Source: Candidatus Heimdallarchaeota archaeon
Lineage (GTDB): Archaea > Asgardarchaeota > Heimdallarchaeia > Heimdallarchaeales > Heimdallarchaeaceae
Assembly: GCA_030668875.1 (NCBI GenBank)
Contig: DAOVER010000004.1
Span: 1 to 32,000, forward strand
Length of the DNA stretch: 32,000 bases
Reading direction: 5' to 3'
Shown here: one piece after another, positions 18,401 to 27,032 of the stretch
How the letters are laid out: every line of letters starts with the position of its first letter
How positions within the stretch are numbered: position 1 is the first letter of the stretch
Program-made: the position numbers and the translations under genes
Notes under the pieces: generated by a model
What the model saw: only the letters and a program-made list of their open reading frames with translations
Told to the model about the DNA's origin: nothing
The model's database searches: none

Positions 18401-18994
18401 ATGACTAACTTCATCCAACGAACATCTCAGACTATTCGCAGAAAGCTTGGCTATCCTGAAACATCGCTATTGGTTATGGGAAACAATCTTCCCGCGACAC
18501 GTAACCGTGTTTTGCTTATGCGCTCTAATACTTCTTTAAATGAATTTATCATTGACAGCTGTTTGAATGAGCTTCCATATACTGAAAAACTAAAGTTCAA
18601 ACCTAAACAATTTATCCCTTTCGAAGGTATTCTCTATCTTATAGATGCAACGAAAGAAGAAATGATTAAACATGAACGCAACTATTTCTGGGAAAAAATT
18701 ATTTGGGATGAGGAAGTAGAAGATCTTCCTATAGCTGTCTGCGCTTACAACACTGATTTACAAGGAGCTTTGACTAGAGGAGAATTAATAGAAAACATGT
18801 CTCTCATACGCTTAACAGATCGTATATGGAACCTTTTTGAGGTTCCAGATGTGGATTCATTAATTGAATCTCTAAAATGGATGAAAAAGGTAATCCATAT
18901 GGGTTACATAAAACCTTGGGTAGAAAAAGAAAAATTGTTAGAAAAAATACAACCTATTAAGGTTCAATTTCCTTCAGAAGAAGAAAATAATTAA
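18401..18994 (+). CDS. Arf/Sar-like small GTPase-fold protein with degenerate nucleotide-binding motifs
   Basis: C-terminal half aligns by eye to the Arf family (GILYLIDAT, DLPIAVCAYNTDLQGALTRGEL, LTDRIWNLFEV, SLIESLKWM); P-loop reads GNNLPATR, no DxxG, G4 reads YNTD. Confidence 0.7.
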   Translation: MTNFIQRTSQTIRRKLGYPETSLLVMGNNLPATRNRVLLMRSNTSLNEFIIDSCLNELPYTEKLKFKPKQFIPFEGILYLIDATKEEMIKHERNYFWEKIIWDEEVEDLPIAVCAYNTDLQGALTRGELIENMSLIRLTDRIWNLFEVPDVDSLIESLKWMKKVIHMGYIKPWVEKEKLLEKIQPIKVQFPSEEENN

Positions 18995-19013
18995 TAAATA
19001 AGAGGAATATACA

Positions 19014-20561
19014 ATGACAATTTCAATTGAAAATATAATGAAGGATGGTTATTCTGGTTATTCCGTTCGTTCTATATTAATGAATCCAGAATTCCGTGAT
19101 AGAGTTTCTAAAGACGTTACTGTTCGTGGTAATGAAGTTGGAAAAAAACTTGTTATGGATAAATTAGCTGTTGGTGGTAAAGTCCTAATTACAGGTCCAA
19201 CAGGTGAAGCCAAAACTCTTTTTGCAAGAGTATTGCTTGACCACATTGTTAGAGAAATTAACAATTACAAATACCATATCGGCGGTTGTCCATTCTTAGA
19301 AGATGCCGGATACATTGTAGATATCATCAATAACTTTCCATCAAATCCTTTTGCTGGAATTAGAGTTATGCAATCTCTATGTCCGTATTGTAGACAAAAA
19401 ATCGAAGGTGTTTTATCTGATGGAAACAGTTCTGTACAACTAGACAATACAAATAGCATACTTGAAATTTCTCCAAAAGAAGTAGTAAGTAGGTTAGGAA
19501 AACTCGATGCTACAAAAACACTAGTCAGAAGATCACAACTTGATCCAAGAAACGATCCTGAAAGTCTCTATATGCTACTTGCAGGTGTCGAAAACTTAGA
19601 AGAACTGTTTGGCAAAGAAACTCAAACTACTTATGCCGCCACCTCACACAAGGTAGGTGTTCTTTCCCACGGTATATTAGTTGTGAATGAAATTCAGAGG
19701 CTCCCATTAACACTATTAGAATCATTGATGGGTTTTCTTGAAGAACCAATGGGTATTAAATACAACATCCAAGGAGAACCAGTTTACATAGATGGTGCCG
19801 TAATCTTTACATCTAATGCACCACTGACAGTCTTTGGAGAAGAAAGTCAACCTATTATCAATCGTATTCCTGAAGTACTATGGCCCGCACGTTCTGTTGA
19901 AAGCAGAGAACAAATTATACGTGATATGTTTGAAGAACAGATTGTTCTATCACGAAAGAAAATCACAGCAAATCCTTCTATTATACAATTGCATGAATTG
20001 GAAAAAGGTTCTACAGATTTTGTTAGCAGACTTGCAGTAGATTTTCTTGCATATCTTGGAAATAATTCCTTACCTGCTAACCTAAAATCAAAGGGCATTC
20101 GTTCAGAAAGTCGTATGGCACGTACCGATTTCTATTCTGGTCTTGATGAAATCCATGATCCACAAAGAAATCCTCACATAGATTTACGTACTATGAACAA
20201 TATCATTGGTGAGACAGTGCTTTTACAAGCTAGAGAAACAGCTACGGATGCCAATGTTATAACTCTGGAAAAGCTACGAAGTACAATGAATGCTTACGAT
20301 ATACCTGTTTCGATGCTCAATGATGCTCTTCAACAGATAAAGATTCTTTTGAGAACATCAATAAAAGAATCAGAAGTTTCTATAAGTGTTCAAGATATCT
20401 CTGAAGATATTTCAAAGATGAAAGCACTAAGTGATAATGAACTAGCAGATCTGATTGTAAAGTTTGAAGGTTTAGATAAGTACAAAGACAAAATCCGAAC
20501 AACAATAATTGAGAGTCTTAGACCATCTTACGAGCAATTGTTAAGAGTAGATTACATCTAG
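19014..20561 (+). CDS. AAA+ ATPase, Mg-chelatase/MoxR-like clade
   Basis: Walker A GPTGEAKT (aa 61-68), GGCPF and CPYC, Walker B ILVVNE, FTSNAP sensor-1, PIINRI Arg finger. Confidence 0.85.
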   Translation: MTISIENIMKDGYSGYSVRSILMNPEFRDRVSKDVTVRGNEVGKKLVMDKLAVGGKVLITGPTGEAKTLFARVLLDHIVREINNYKYHIGGCPFLEDAGYIVDIINNFPSNPFAGIRVMQSLCPYCRQKIEGVLSDGNSSVQLDNTNSILEISPKEVVSRLGKLDATKTLVRRSQLDPRNDPESLYMLLAGVENLEELFGKETQTTYAATSHKVGVLSHGILVVNEIQRLPLTLLESLMGFLEEPMGIKYNIQGEPVYIDGAVIFTSNAPLTVFGEESQPIINRIPEVLWPARSVESREQIIRDMFEEQIVLSRKKITANPSIIQLHELEKGSTDFVSRLAVDFLAYLGNNSLPANLKSKGIRSESRMARTDFYSGLDEIHDPQRNPHIDLRTMNNIIGETVLLQARETATDANVITLEKLRSTMNAYDIPVSMLNDALQQIKILLRTSIKESEVSISVQDISEDISKMKALSDNELADLIVKFEGLDKYKDKIRTTIIESLRPSYEQLLRVDYI

Positions 20562-20574
20562 ACCGGCATAATTA

Positions 20575-21981
20575 GTGCCCAATGGAGATAATAGCATGCC
20601 CCATAGAATAAATTTCATAACAGCAGAAGAATTCACTGACCCTATTCAAGCATATGGAGACGTTGAATTCATCTTAGATTTTGAAGATGCTGCTCAAGTA
20701 CTTAGGTTATGGCGTAATCCACATTTAGGAAGAAGTTCTCGTGAAGGAGCAGTTCTTTCTCTTGCTGCAAAAAATGCTGTGGCAATGGAGAATATTGTTC
20801 AAAAGATAATGACAACTTATTTGACTGCTAACGAAGAAGAACGTTTACTAAACGAACTCAAAATCCTGCGGTTTATGGGTGATAGGATTCTCCCTGATGT
20901 ATTGGAAAGAGTAAATCGCAATGAGCTTCAAACTCTGGAAGAAATTCTTAAGTACATACAAGATCTTCTTCGTAATCTTAAATACGAAGGATCAGTTGAT
21001 TTAGACCAGCTGGCAGAAAAGCTCAATCAACTGCAAGAGATAATTGATATTGAAATAACAGATGCTTTTGGTAGAAAGAAACGTATATCTAGAGAAAGTG
21101 TTATGGATTTACTTGGAAAAATCCTCGGGCGTTTTCTTTTAAAACAAATATCCGTGGCACCAATCGACGAAGTGCAGAAGAGACCTAGGGGCACTATCAG
21201 ACTTAAAGAGACTTATAAGAGTGCAATTTTGAGTTCTCAAAATATACCGCCAACTTCTGTTAAACAAGAAGACATAATTCGGGTGAAAAAAGATAGACGA
21301 TCACTTGTGTATCTAATTGTGGACATGAGTCAATCTATGAAAAAAGCTGTTTTTGAAGGTAAAATGTCAAGGCTAGATGGGGCACTCTTAACTAGTTTAA
21401 GTTTATACTATTACTTCAAAATAATGAATCGTCGAAAAAGGAAAAGATTTGACATGTTTAAACTTGCCGTAGTTCCAGTTAGAAAGAACCCAACTGTCGT
21501 TGATGATGATAGTAAAATGGAAAACTACCTTCTAACAGCTGACGCAAAGGGTAAGACTTACATGGTTCAAGCTATTCAGACCGCCATTGAACACGCAAAA
21601 AAGCAACGTGTGGATAAGGATATTGATGTGTACTTCACAATAGTTACAGACGGTATGCCCAATGTTCCAACTTTTCCATATGATTATCGAAAAAATGAGG
21701 AGTTGCAGAAATACTTCTCTGAAATTCAAACCAAAACGAAACCAGAAACAATAGATTGTTTGATTCAACTCAATGGGATTTTCAAACATCTTAAAAATGA
21801 TAGAACAAGAAACTGGAACATCTCCTATTTCCTTATGGGGACTGAATCTCTACGTAATAAGGAGTTGTTCATTCACACAAAACAGATGTTGAAAGGTATA
21901 ACACGACCCATTCTTATCGATCCTGCTCAGATAAAGAAACTGGGAGAACAAATTTTAAGGGAGAGTATGATGCATGCTTAA
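20575..21981 (+). CDS. VWA domain protein with intact MIDAS (probable start ATG 20596)
   Basis: LIVDMSQSM (DxSxS), GKTYM, TIVTDG; preceded by a helical N-domain and GTIRLKETYKSA segment as in AAA-associated VWA proteins. Confidence 0.88.
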   Translation: MPNGDNSMPHRINFITAEEFTDPIQAYGDVEFILDFEDAAQVLRLWRNPHLGRSSREGAVLSLAAKNAVAMENIVQKIMTTYLTANEEERLLNELKILRFMGDRILPDVLERVNRNELQTLEEILKYIQDLLRNLKYEGSVDLDQLAEKLNQLQEIIDIEITDAFGRKKRISRESVMDLLGKILGRFLLKQISVAPIDEVQKRPRGTIRLKETYKSAILSSQNIPPTSVKQEDIIRVKKDRRSLVYLIVDMSQSMKKAVFEGKMSRLDGALLTSLSLYYYFKIMNRRKRKRFDMFKLAVVPVRKNPTVVDDDSKMENYLLTADAKGKTYMVQAIQTAIEHAKKQRVDKDIDVYFTIVTDGMPNVPTFPYDYRKNEELQKYFSEIQTKTKPETIDCLIQLNGIFKHLKNDRTRNWNISYFLMGTESLRNKELFIHTKQMLKGITRPILIDPAQIKKLGEQILRESMMHA

Positions 21982-23554
21982 AACCAAAACTGAATTTGAT
22001 GAGATAGTCCGAGTTTATAATTTAGCAAGAGAAGATTTCAAAGCTCTTGTAGGCGAAACTCCTGAAAACTATCGTGTGTTGCTTTTTGTTGACCCAGATC
22101 TACACGTTTCGGTAAATAGAGTTGTAGAAATAACTGGCACTCCACAAGCTATTTTGACAGCTGAACAAATAACTCATCTGAAGTCTGCTCGTATAAACGA
22201 TTTCTTGCCAGTTGGAAAAGAGACAGTCTATAATTCTCTCCCTACTTTGATTTATCTATCAGCCCCTTCATATGAACTTAACAAGGAACAGGAATTTACT
22301 CTTAGAGTAATGTTCATTCATGCTTTTGCTCATGCTTACATGAATGAAAAAACTGAGTCAAACTCAGCACGAACACTCTCCAGACTTTATCAGATAGACA
22401 CTGTTTTGAAGGAACTAATGACAAATAATGTTTTTCAGCTAAACAAAGAATCATCCGATGGGCATTCTTGGGCATGGCAATATTTCCAAGATTTAATTGG
22501 TGTAATTCGATTGTTCACCGAAGCTGGTGTAGAAGATTTTTACATTCCTCCTGAAATTGCTCGAAAATACACTCTATTCAATAATTTTTCAATTGAAGCT
22601 ATTAACTATTTGTCAGAAAGAGCAAAAGTATCAAGGAAAAAACATCTTCACGAACTAATTGACGAAGGTTTTGCACATTATGTTCAAGCTAAAGGTATTG
22701 AATATCTTATAAAATCAGGAGATTATGAGTTCAAGAAAAGTGATGAGGATAAAGAACCAAAATTACCTAATGAGTTGAAAGCATTTTTAGCTCCTCCCAT
22801 TGGTGAATTTAGTTTAGCTGTAATGAGAAGGCTTGAAACAAAAGTTGAAAATGAAAAAGAGCTATTCAGCAAACTTTTCAGTTATAAATCAGATATTGAT
22901 TTGTTGGAAGAATTTACTTGGGATGAAGTAAAGGATTTGCTTGCTGTAAATAAGAATCTGCATTCAGAAGGTGTTGTTGAGAAATGGCACTCTACACGAA
23001 GTAGGTGGACAGATATCTGGTCTGTTTATGCATATGGTTGGAAAATTGTTGAAGAATATACTAGAAAAGTATACAGAAAGAAGTTTTCAACTTTTGGTCA
23101 ACTACAGGATGAAAAACCAAGAATAGAATCCAAAGGCTATGTTAAGGTTGATCAAAGAAAAGTGTATGTTTTTGAAGTTAATGACTATGGAATAGGAATA
23201 GATCAACTCATTATACTTCATAATCACATGGCGCTGTATAGGGATGATTTTAAGACAATTCTTCCTGCATTTGCTGATGTAATTGTATTCAAGAAAATCG
23301 GTGGAATTCACGTTTCAACACTATTTGCTGTGCATAAAACAAAACACCAACCTCTATCTCCATATAATTTGCCGGTTGTAACCAGAGCTGTTCAAGTTAC
23401 TAAACGAAAAGATGCTTACAAATTTGATTTAGATGAAGAATCTGAAGATAAGATCGATGTGAGCAATGTTGATTATACCTATTTACGCAAATTGACCCAA
23501 CCTCAAAGAGGAGCAATTGCGTATTTAATAAAAGAAGGATTGTTTGAATTATGA
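21974..23554 (+). CDS. Hypothetical protein with zincin-like motifs (HAFAH, EGFAHY)
   Basis: 526 aa ORF overlapping both neighbours; FIHAFAHAY at aa 116-120 and DEGFAHY at aa 231. Confidence 0.8.
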   Translation: MLKTKTEFDEIVRVYNLAREDFKALVGETPENYRVLLFVDPDLHVSVNRVVEITGTPQAILTAEQITHLKSARINDFLPVGKETVYNSLPTLIYLSAPSYELNKEQEFTLRVMFIHAFAHAYMNEKTESNSARTLSRLYQIDTVLKELMTNNVFQLNKESSDGHSWAWQYFQDLIGVIRLFTEAGVEDFYIPPEIARKYTLFNNFSIEAINYLSERAKVSRKKHLHELIDEGFAHYVQAKGIEYLIKSGDYEFKKSDEDKEPKLPNELKAFLAPPIGEFSLAVMRRLETKVENEKELFSKLFSYKSDIDLLEEFTWDEVKDLLAVNKNLHSEGVVEKWHSTRSRWTDIWSVYAYGWKIVEEYTRKVYRKKFSTFGQLQDEKPRIESKGYVKVDQRKVYVFEVNDYGIGIDQLIILHNHMALYRDDFKTILPAFADVIVFKKIGGIHVSTLFAVHKTKHQPLSPYNLPVVTRAVQVTKRKDAYKFDLDEESEDKIDVSNVDYTYLRKLTQPQRGAIAYLIKEGLFEL

Positions 23555-24324
23555 GTATTGCGAATTTTCTTAATGGATTAGGTATGGGTAGAAAATTACA
23601 TAGTGAGAACCCACTTGACCGAGCTCACTTTGCTTTGTTTCAACAGATCAAGGGAAAGGCAAAAACAGTGAGAAAACTGCTTCCACTCCTAGAAGATTCG
23701 GAATGGAATGTGAGAAACTCAGCTTCTTCTTCTATACTATTTCTTGTTTCAAAATACCCAGAATCAAAGAAAGAGGTTCTATCTCACTTACATAGTTTTG
23801 TTGAAAAAAGTTCCTTATCTGTCAAACTATCAATATTAGAAGTATTGGGGAAACTAAAACATTATGATTCTAAACCCTATCTCATTAAAATGCTTGAAGA
23901 AAGTGGTTATGATCTGCAATATGCAACTATAAGAGCAATTGGATACTTAGATGATGTAGATGTTTTATATCCGCTCAAAAATGTTGTATATGCCCGTGAT
24001 TACATTACAAAACGAGCAGCTATTCTATCAGTAATTAGAATTACATCTTCTGTTAAAGAAGAAGAGATTATCAAGAAACTAACTCCACATATTCATCTGA
24101 TAATTGAATCCTATCTAGAATTGAACAAATTAGATGAAGTTGTAACCAAAATATTAGATTATGGTGATCCTGAATCATTCCCAGATATGAAAGGGTATAC
24201 TGAATCCGAAATAGTAAAACTAGAATCTCTTATTGAGACAAAAGATTATAGTGTAGAAATGTATCAAAATTTCGCTAAGTTAATTTATCCTACATACTTC
24301 CCTATAGCAGAAAATGTAAAGTAA
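23551..24324 (+). CDS. HEAT-repeat protein
   Basis: Repeated LLPLLEDSEWNVRNSA / LIKMLEESGYDLQYATIRAIG / LKNVVYARDYITKRAAI helical hairpins; ATGA overlap with the upstream gene. Confidence 0.82.
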   Translation: MSIANFLNGLGMGRKLHSENPLDRAHFALFQQIKGKAKTVRKLLPLLEDSEWNVRNSASSSILFLVSKYPESKKEVLSHLHSFVEKSSLSVKLSILEVLGKLKHYDSKPYLIKMLEESGYDLQYATIRAIGYLDDVDVLYPLKNVVYARDYITKRAAILSVIRITSSVKEEEIIKKLTPHIHLIIESYLELNKLDEVVTKILDYGDPESFPDMKGYTESEIVKLESLIETKDYSVEMYQNFAKLIYPTYFPIAENVK

Positions 24325-24332
24325 AGGTTGAA

Positions 24333-24593
24333 TTAAGCTTCAAACTTATTGATACAATATTCAACGAACTCTTTTTTTACTCCTTTTGTTACTTCTTCAT
24401 TCTTCCACTTTTCACGTATAAACTCTCTCACCTCTTCAGGGCAAAGATGATAACAAGTTGTAACAAGAGCGTATCCCATCATTCTGTTGCGAATCGTTTG
24501 AGAATCTAAGAGATTTAACGCTCTTCCAAGATGAGGATAGTTTTTTTGTAATTCTATTGAATTTCTTTTCTTTTCTTCTCCTATGGTGATCAT
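24333..24593 (-). CDS. Small hypothetical protein
   Basis: 86 aa ATG ORF with protein-like composition, GGGAGA SD-like site upstream, no overlap with long ORFs. Confidence 0.65.
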   Translation of the reverse strand: MITIGEEKKRNSIELQKNYPHLGRALNLLDSQTIRNRMMGYALVTTCYHLCPEEVREFIREKWKNEEVTKGVKKEFVEYCINKFEA

Positions 24594-24678
24594 GTTCTCC
24601 CGTTAATGTAGAGGGTTTTTGCTATAAAAACAACAAATAACTTAGATGAAGTGAGACTATTTCTTGCGAAGTTTCAAA

Positions 24679-24882
24679 TCATCTTACGCTTCTTATTTTA
24701 TCCTTAACTTCATATATGGCACAGATTCTGCTCATCCCCTTATCCTCGTGGGAAAGTTTATACCAAGCAAGAATTTTACCTTCTGGTGCTTCAATCTCTT
24801 TAAAAACTGACTTGAGATAGTTTAGAACACCTTCTGTTTCGAGTTCTTCTTCAGGAACATCGAAATAGTTGAAGAATTTCAT
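24679..24882 (-). CDS. Small hypothetical protein
   Basis: 67 aa ATG ORF, same orientation as 24333..24593, no competing ORF. Confidence 0.65.
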   Translation of the reverse strand: MKFFNYFDVPEEELETEGVLNYLKSVFKEIEAPEGKILAWYKLSHEDKGMSRICAIYEVKDKIRSVR

Positions 24883-25055
24883 AGAATCCGATTCCGTTTT
24901 ATGCTTCTTAAAAACAAGTATTACAAGAATGATACACTCTATCTTTTTTTAGCAATTTCCCATCCAGCAAAAACAAACGTATCTAGGTTTATTAAGTGAA
25001 AACTGTCTATCAGATAAGCATACTTTTTAACTTTAAGAAGATAGGAGAAATAACA

Positions 25056-27032
25056 ATGCCATTAGATATCGAGACACCTCTAAAACCAAGAGGAGACCAA
25101 CCAAAAGCTATTCAAAAGCTAGTTGGAGGGATAAAGAAAGGCAATCGATATCAGACTCTTTTGGGGGTTACTGGTTCAGGCAAAACCTATACTATGGCAG
25201 CTGTAATTGATAAAATTAAGAAACCTACTTTGATTATTGGCCCTAACAAAACTCTAGTGGCTCAGCTTTTTGGTGAGTTTAAAACTCTCTTTCCTTCTGC
25301 AAGCGTCAATTATTATGTTTCCTTTTATGACTATTATCAACCTGAAGCATATCTTCCTTCAAAGGATATGTATATTAAGAAGGATGTAGATATAAATGAG
25401 GAAATTGAGCGTTTACGACATACTGCTTTAGAAGCTCTTGCAACTCGCGATGATGTTATCGTATGTGCATCTGTTTCATGTATCTATGGAACAGGCCCTC
25501 CTGAATTGTACCGTTCCAATCAGATAAAATTGAATGTTGGTGATGCTTTTGATCGACAAAAATTAATGCTTGAACTTGTCAAGAATCAGTATCAACGAAA
25601 CGATGTTGCACTCACTCGTAAATGTTTTAGAGTTCGTGGAGATTCTATTGACATCTTCCCATTATATGGTGATTATGTTTATCGCATCGAATTCTTTGGA
25701 GATGAAATTGAGCGTTTGACTGCCCGTCACCCGGTATCCGCAGAGAAGATGAAAGAATATGGGCATTTGTCAATCTTTCCTGGGACACAATACCTTGCCA
25801 ATGACGCCTACTTTGAGAGAGCTCTGGAAGATATATCTGTAGAACTTGATATGCGATTAGCTGAATTGGAAAAAGAAAACAAAGTAATAGAAAGGCACCG
25901 ACTGAAACAACGAGCACTTTATGATTTAGAATTATTAAGAGAAACAGGATCCTGCCCAGGTATTGAAAATTACTCAAGACACTTTGATAGAAGGAAACCT
26001 GGAGAACAACCTTACACCCTTCTTGATCACTTTCCAGAAGACTTCCTGTTAATCGTTGATGAATCACATTTAACGATACCACAAATACGAGGAATGTATG
26101 GTGGTGATCATTCTAGAAAGAAGAATCTGATCGAATACGGTTTTAGACTTCCATCAGCACACGATAACAGACCTTTCAAATTTAATGAGTTCCGTAACTA
26201 CATGAATACAGTCATCTTTGCTAGTGCTACTCCTGCTCCCTTTGAATTCCAAGTATCAAATCAGGTTATTGAACAAATTATACGTCCTACTGGTTTGGTT
26301 GATCCCAAAATAGATTTAAGATCAACAAACGGACAAATTACCGATCTTCTAAGTGAGATTAATCAGAGAACGAGTAAGGGTGAAAGAGTTCTTGTAACAA
26401 CTTTGACGAAAAAAAGCGCTGAAATGCTTTCGGATTACCTTCTTGACATGAAAGTAAAATCTGTTTATCTTCATCATGAAGTGGTTACTTTAGAAAGGAT
26501 TTCCATCCTCCGTGATTTAAGATTAGGTAAGTATGATGTTGTAGTTGGTATTAATCTTTTAAGAGAAGGTTTGGATTTACCTGAAGTTGCTCTTGTTGCT
26601 ATTCTTGATGCAGATAAAGAAGGTTTTCTACGATCTAGGAGTTCATTAATACAACTAATGGGGCGTGCTAGTAGAAATGTACACGGTAGTGTTATTCTTT
26701 ACGCAGATAATTTGACTAATTCAATGAAAACAGCTATTGCAGAAAATAATCGTAGAAGAAGATTACAACAAGATTACAATAAACAACATGGTATTAAGCC
26801 AACAACAATCAGAAAAGAAGTTAAATCCATTGTAGAACACCTTATGCAAATTACACCCAAAGAAGAGGAAAAAATTGAAGTACCCAAGGGTCTTACGAAG
26901 GAAGATCTTCTTTATGTTATTGAAGATTTATCTAGCCAAATGGCTGAAGCAGCAGGAATATTAGATTTTGAAAAAGCTGCTCTTTATCGCGATAAAATTC
27001 AAGAACTTGAGAAAATGGTGGAAAGCAGATGA
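25056..27032 (+). CDS. uvrB: Excinuclease ABC subunit B (ORF track start 24996; ATG 25056 preferred)
   Basis: GVTGSGKT, SFYDYYQPEAY beta-hairpin, GIENYSRH, DESH, GFRLPSA.DNRP, EQIIRPTG, GINLLREGLD, C-terminal UVR coil; AGGAG at 25043-25047. Confidence 0.97.
   Translation: MPLDIETPLKPRGDQPKAIQKLVGGIKKGNRYQTLLGVTGSGKTYTMAAVIDKIKKPTLIIGPNKTLVAQLFGEFKTLFPSASVNYYVSFYDYYQPEAYLPSKDMYIKKDVDINEEIERLRHTALEALATRDDVIVCASVSCIYGTGPPELYRSNQIKLNVGDAFDRQKLMLELVKNQYQRNDVALTRKCFRVRGDSIDIFPLYGDYVYRIEFFGDEIERLTARHPVSAEKMKEYGHLSIFPGTQYLANDAYFERALEDISVELDMRLAELEKENKVIERHRLKQRALYDLELLRETGSCPGIENYSRHFDRRKPGEQPYTLLDHFPEDFLLIVDESHLTIPQIRGMYGGDHSRKKNLIEYGFRLPSAHDNRPFKFNEFRNYMNTVIFASATPAPFEFQVSNQVIEQIIRPTGLVDPKIDLRSTNGQITDLLSEINQRTSKGERVLVTTLTKKSAEMLSDYLLDMKVKSVYLHHEVVTLERISILRDLRLGKYDVVVGINLLREGLDLPEVALVAILDADKEGFLRSRSSLIQLMGRASRNVHGSVILYADNLTNSMKTAIAENNRRRRLQQDYNKQHGIKPTTIRKEVKSIVEHLMQITPKEEEKIEVPKGLTKEDLLYVIEDLSSQMAEAAGILDFEKAALYRDKIQELEKMVESR

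Noticed and set aside
19686-19691. Walker B Asn (NE) as a sign of an inactive ATPase
   Set aside because: The catalytic Glu is retained, and NE is, from recall, normal for this subfamily
19014-21981. Annotation as magnesium chelatase ChlI/ChlD
   Set aside because: No ChlH/CobN or tetrapyrrole genes nearby; motifs fit a different AAA+/VWA subfamily
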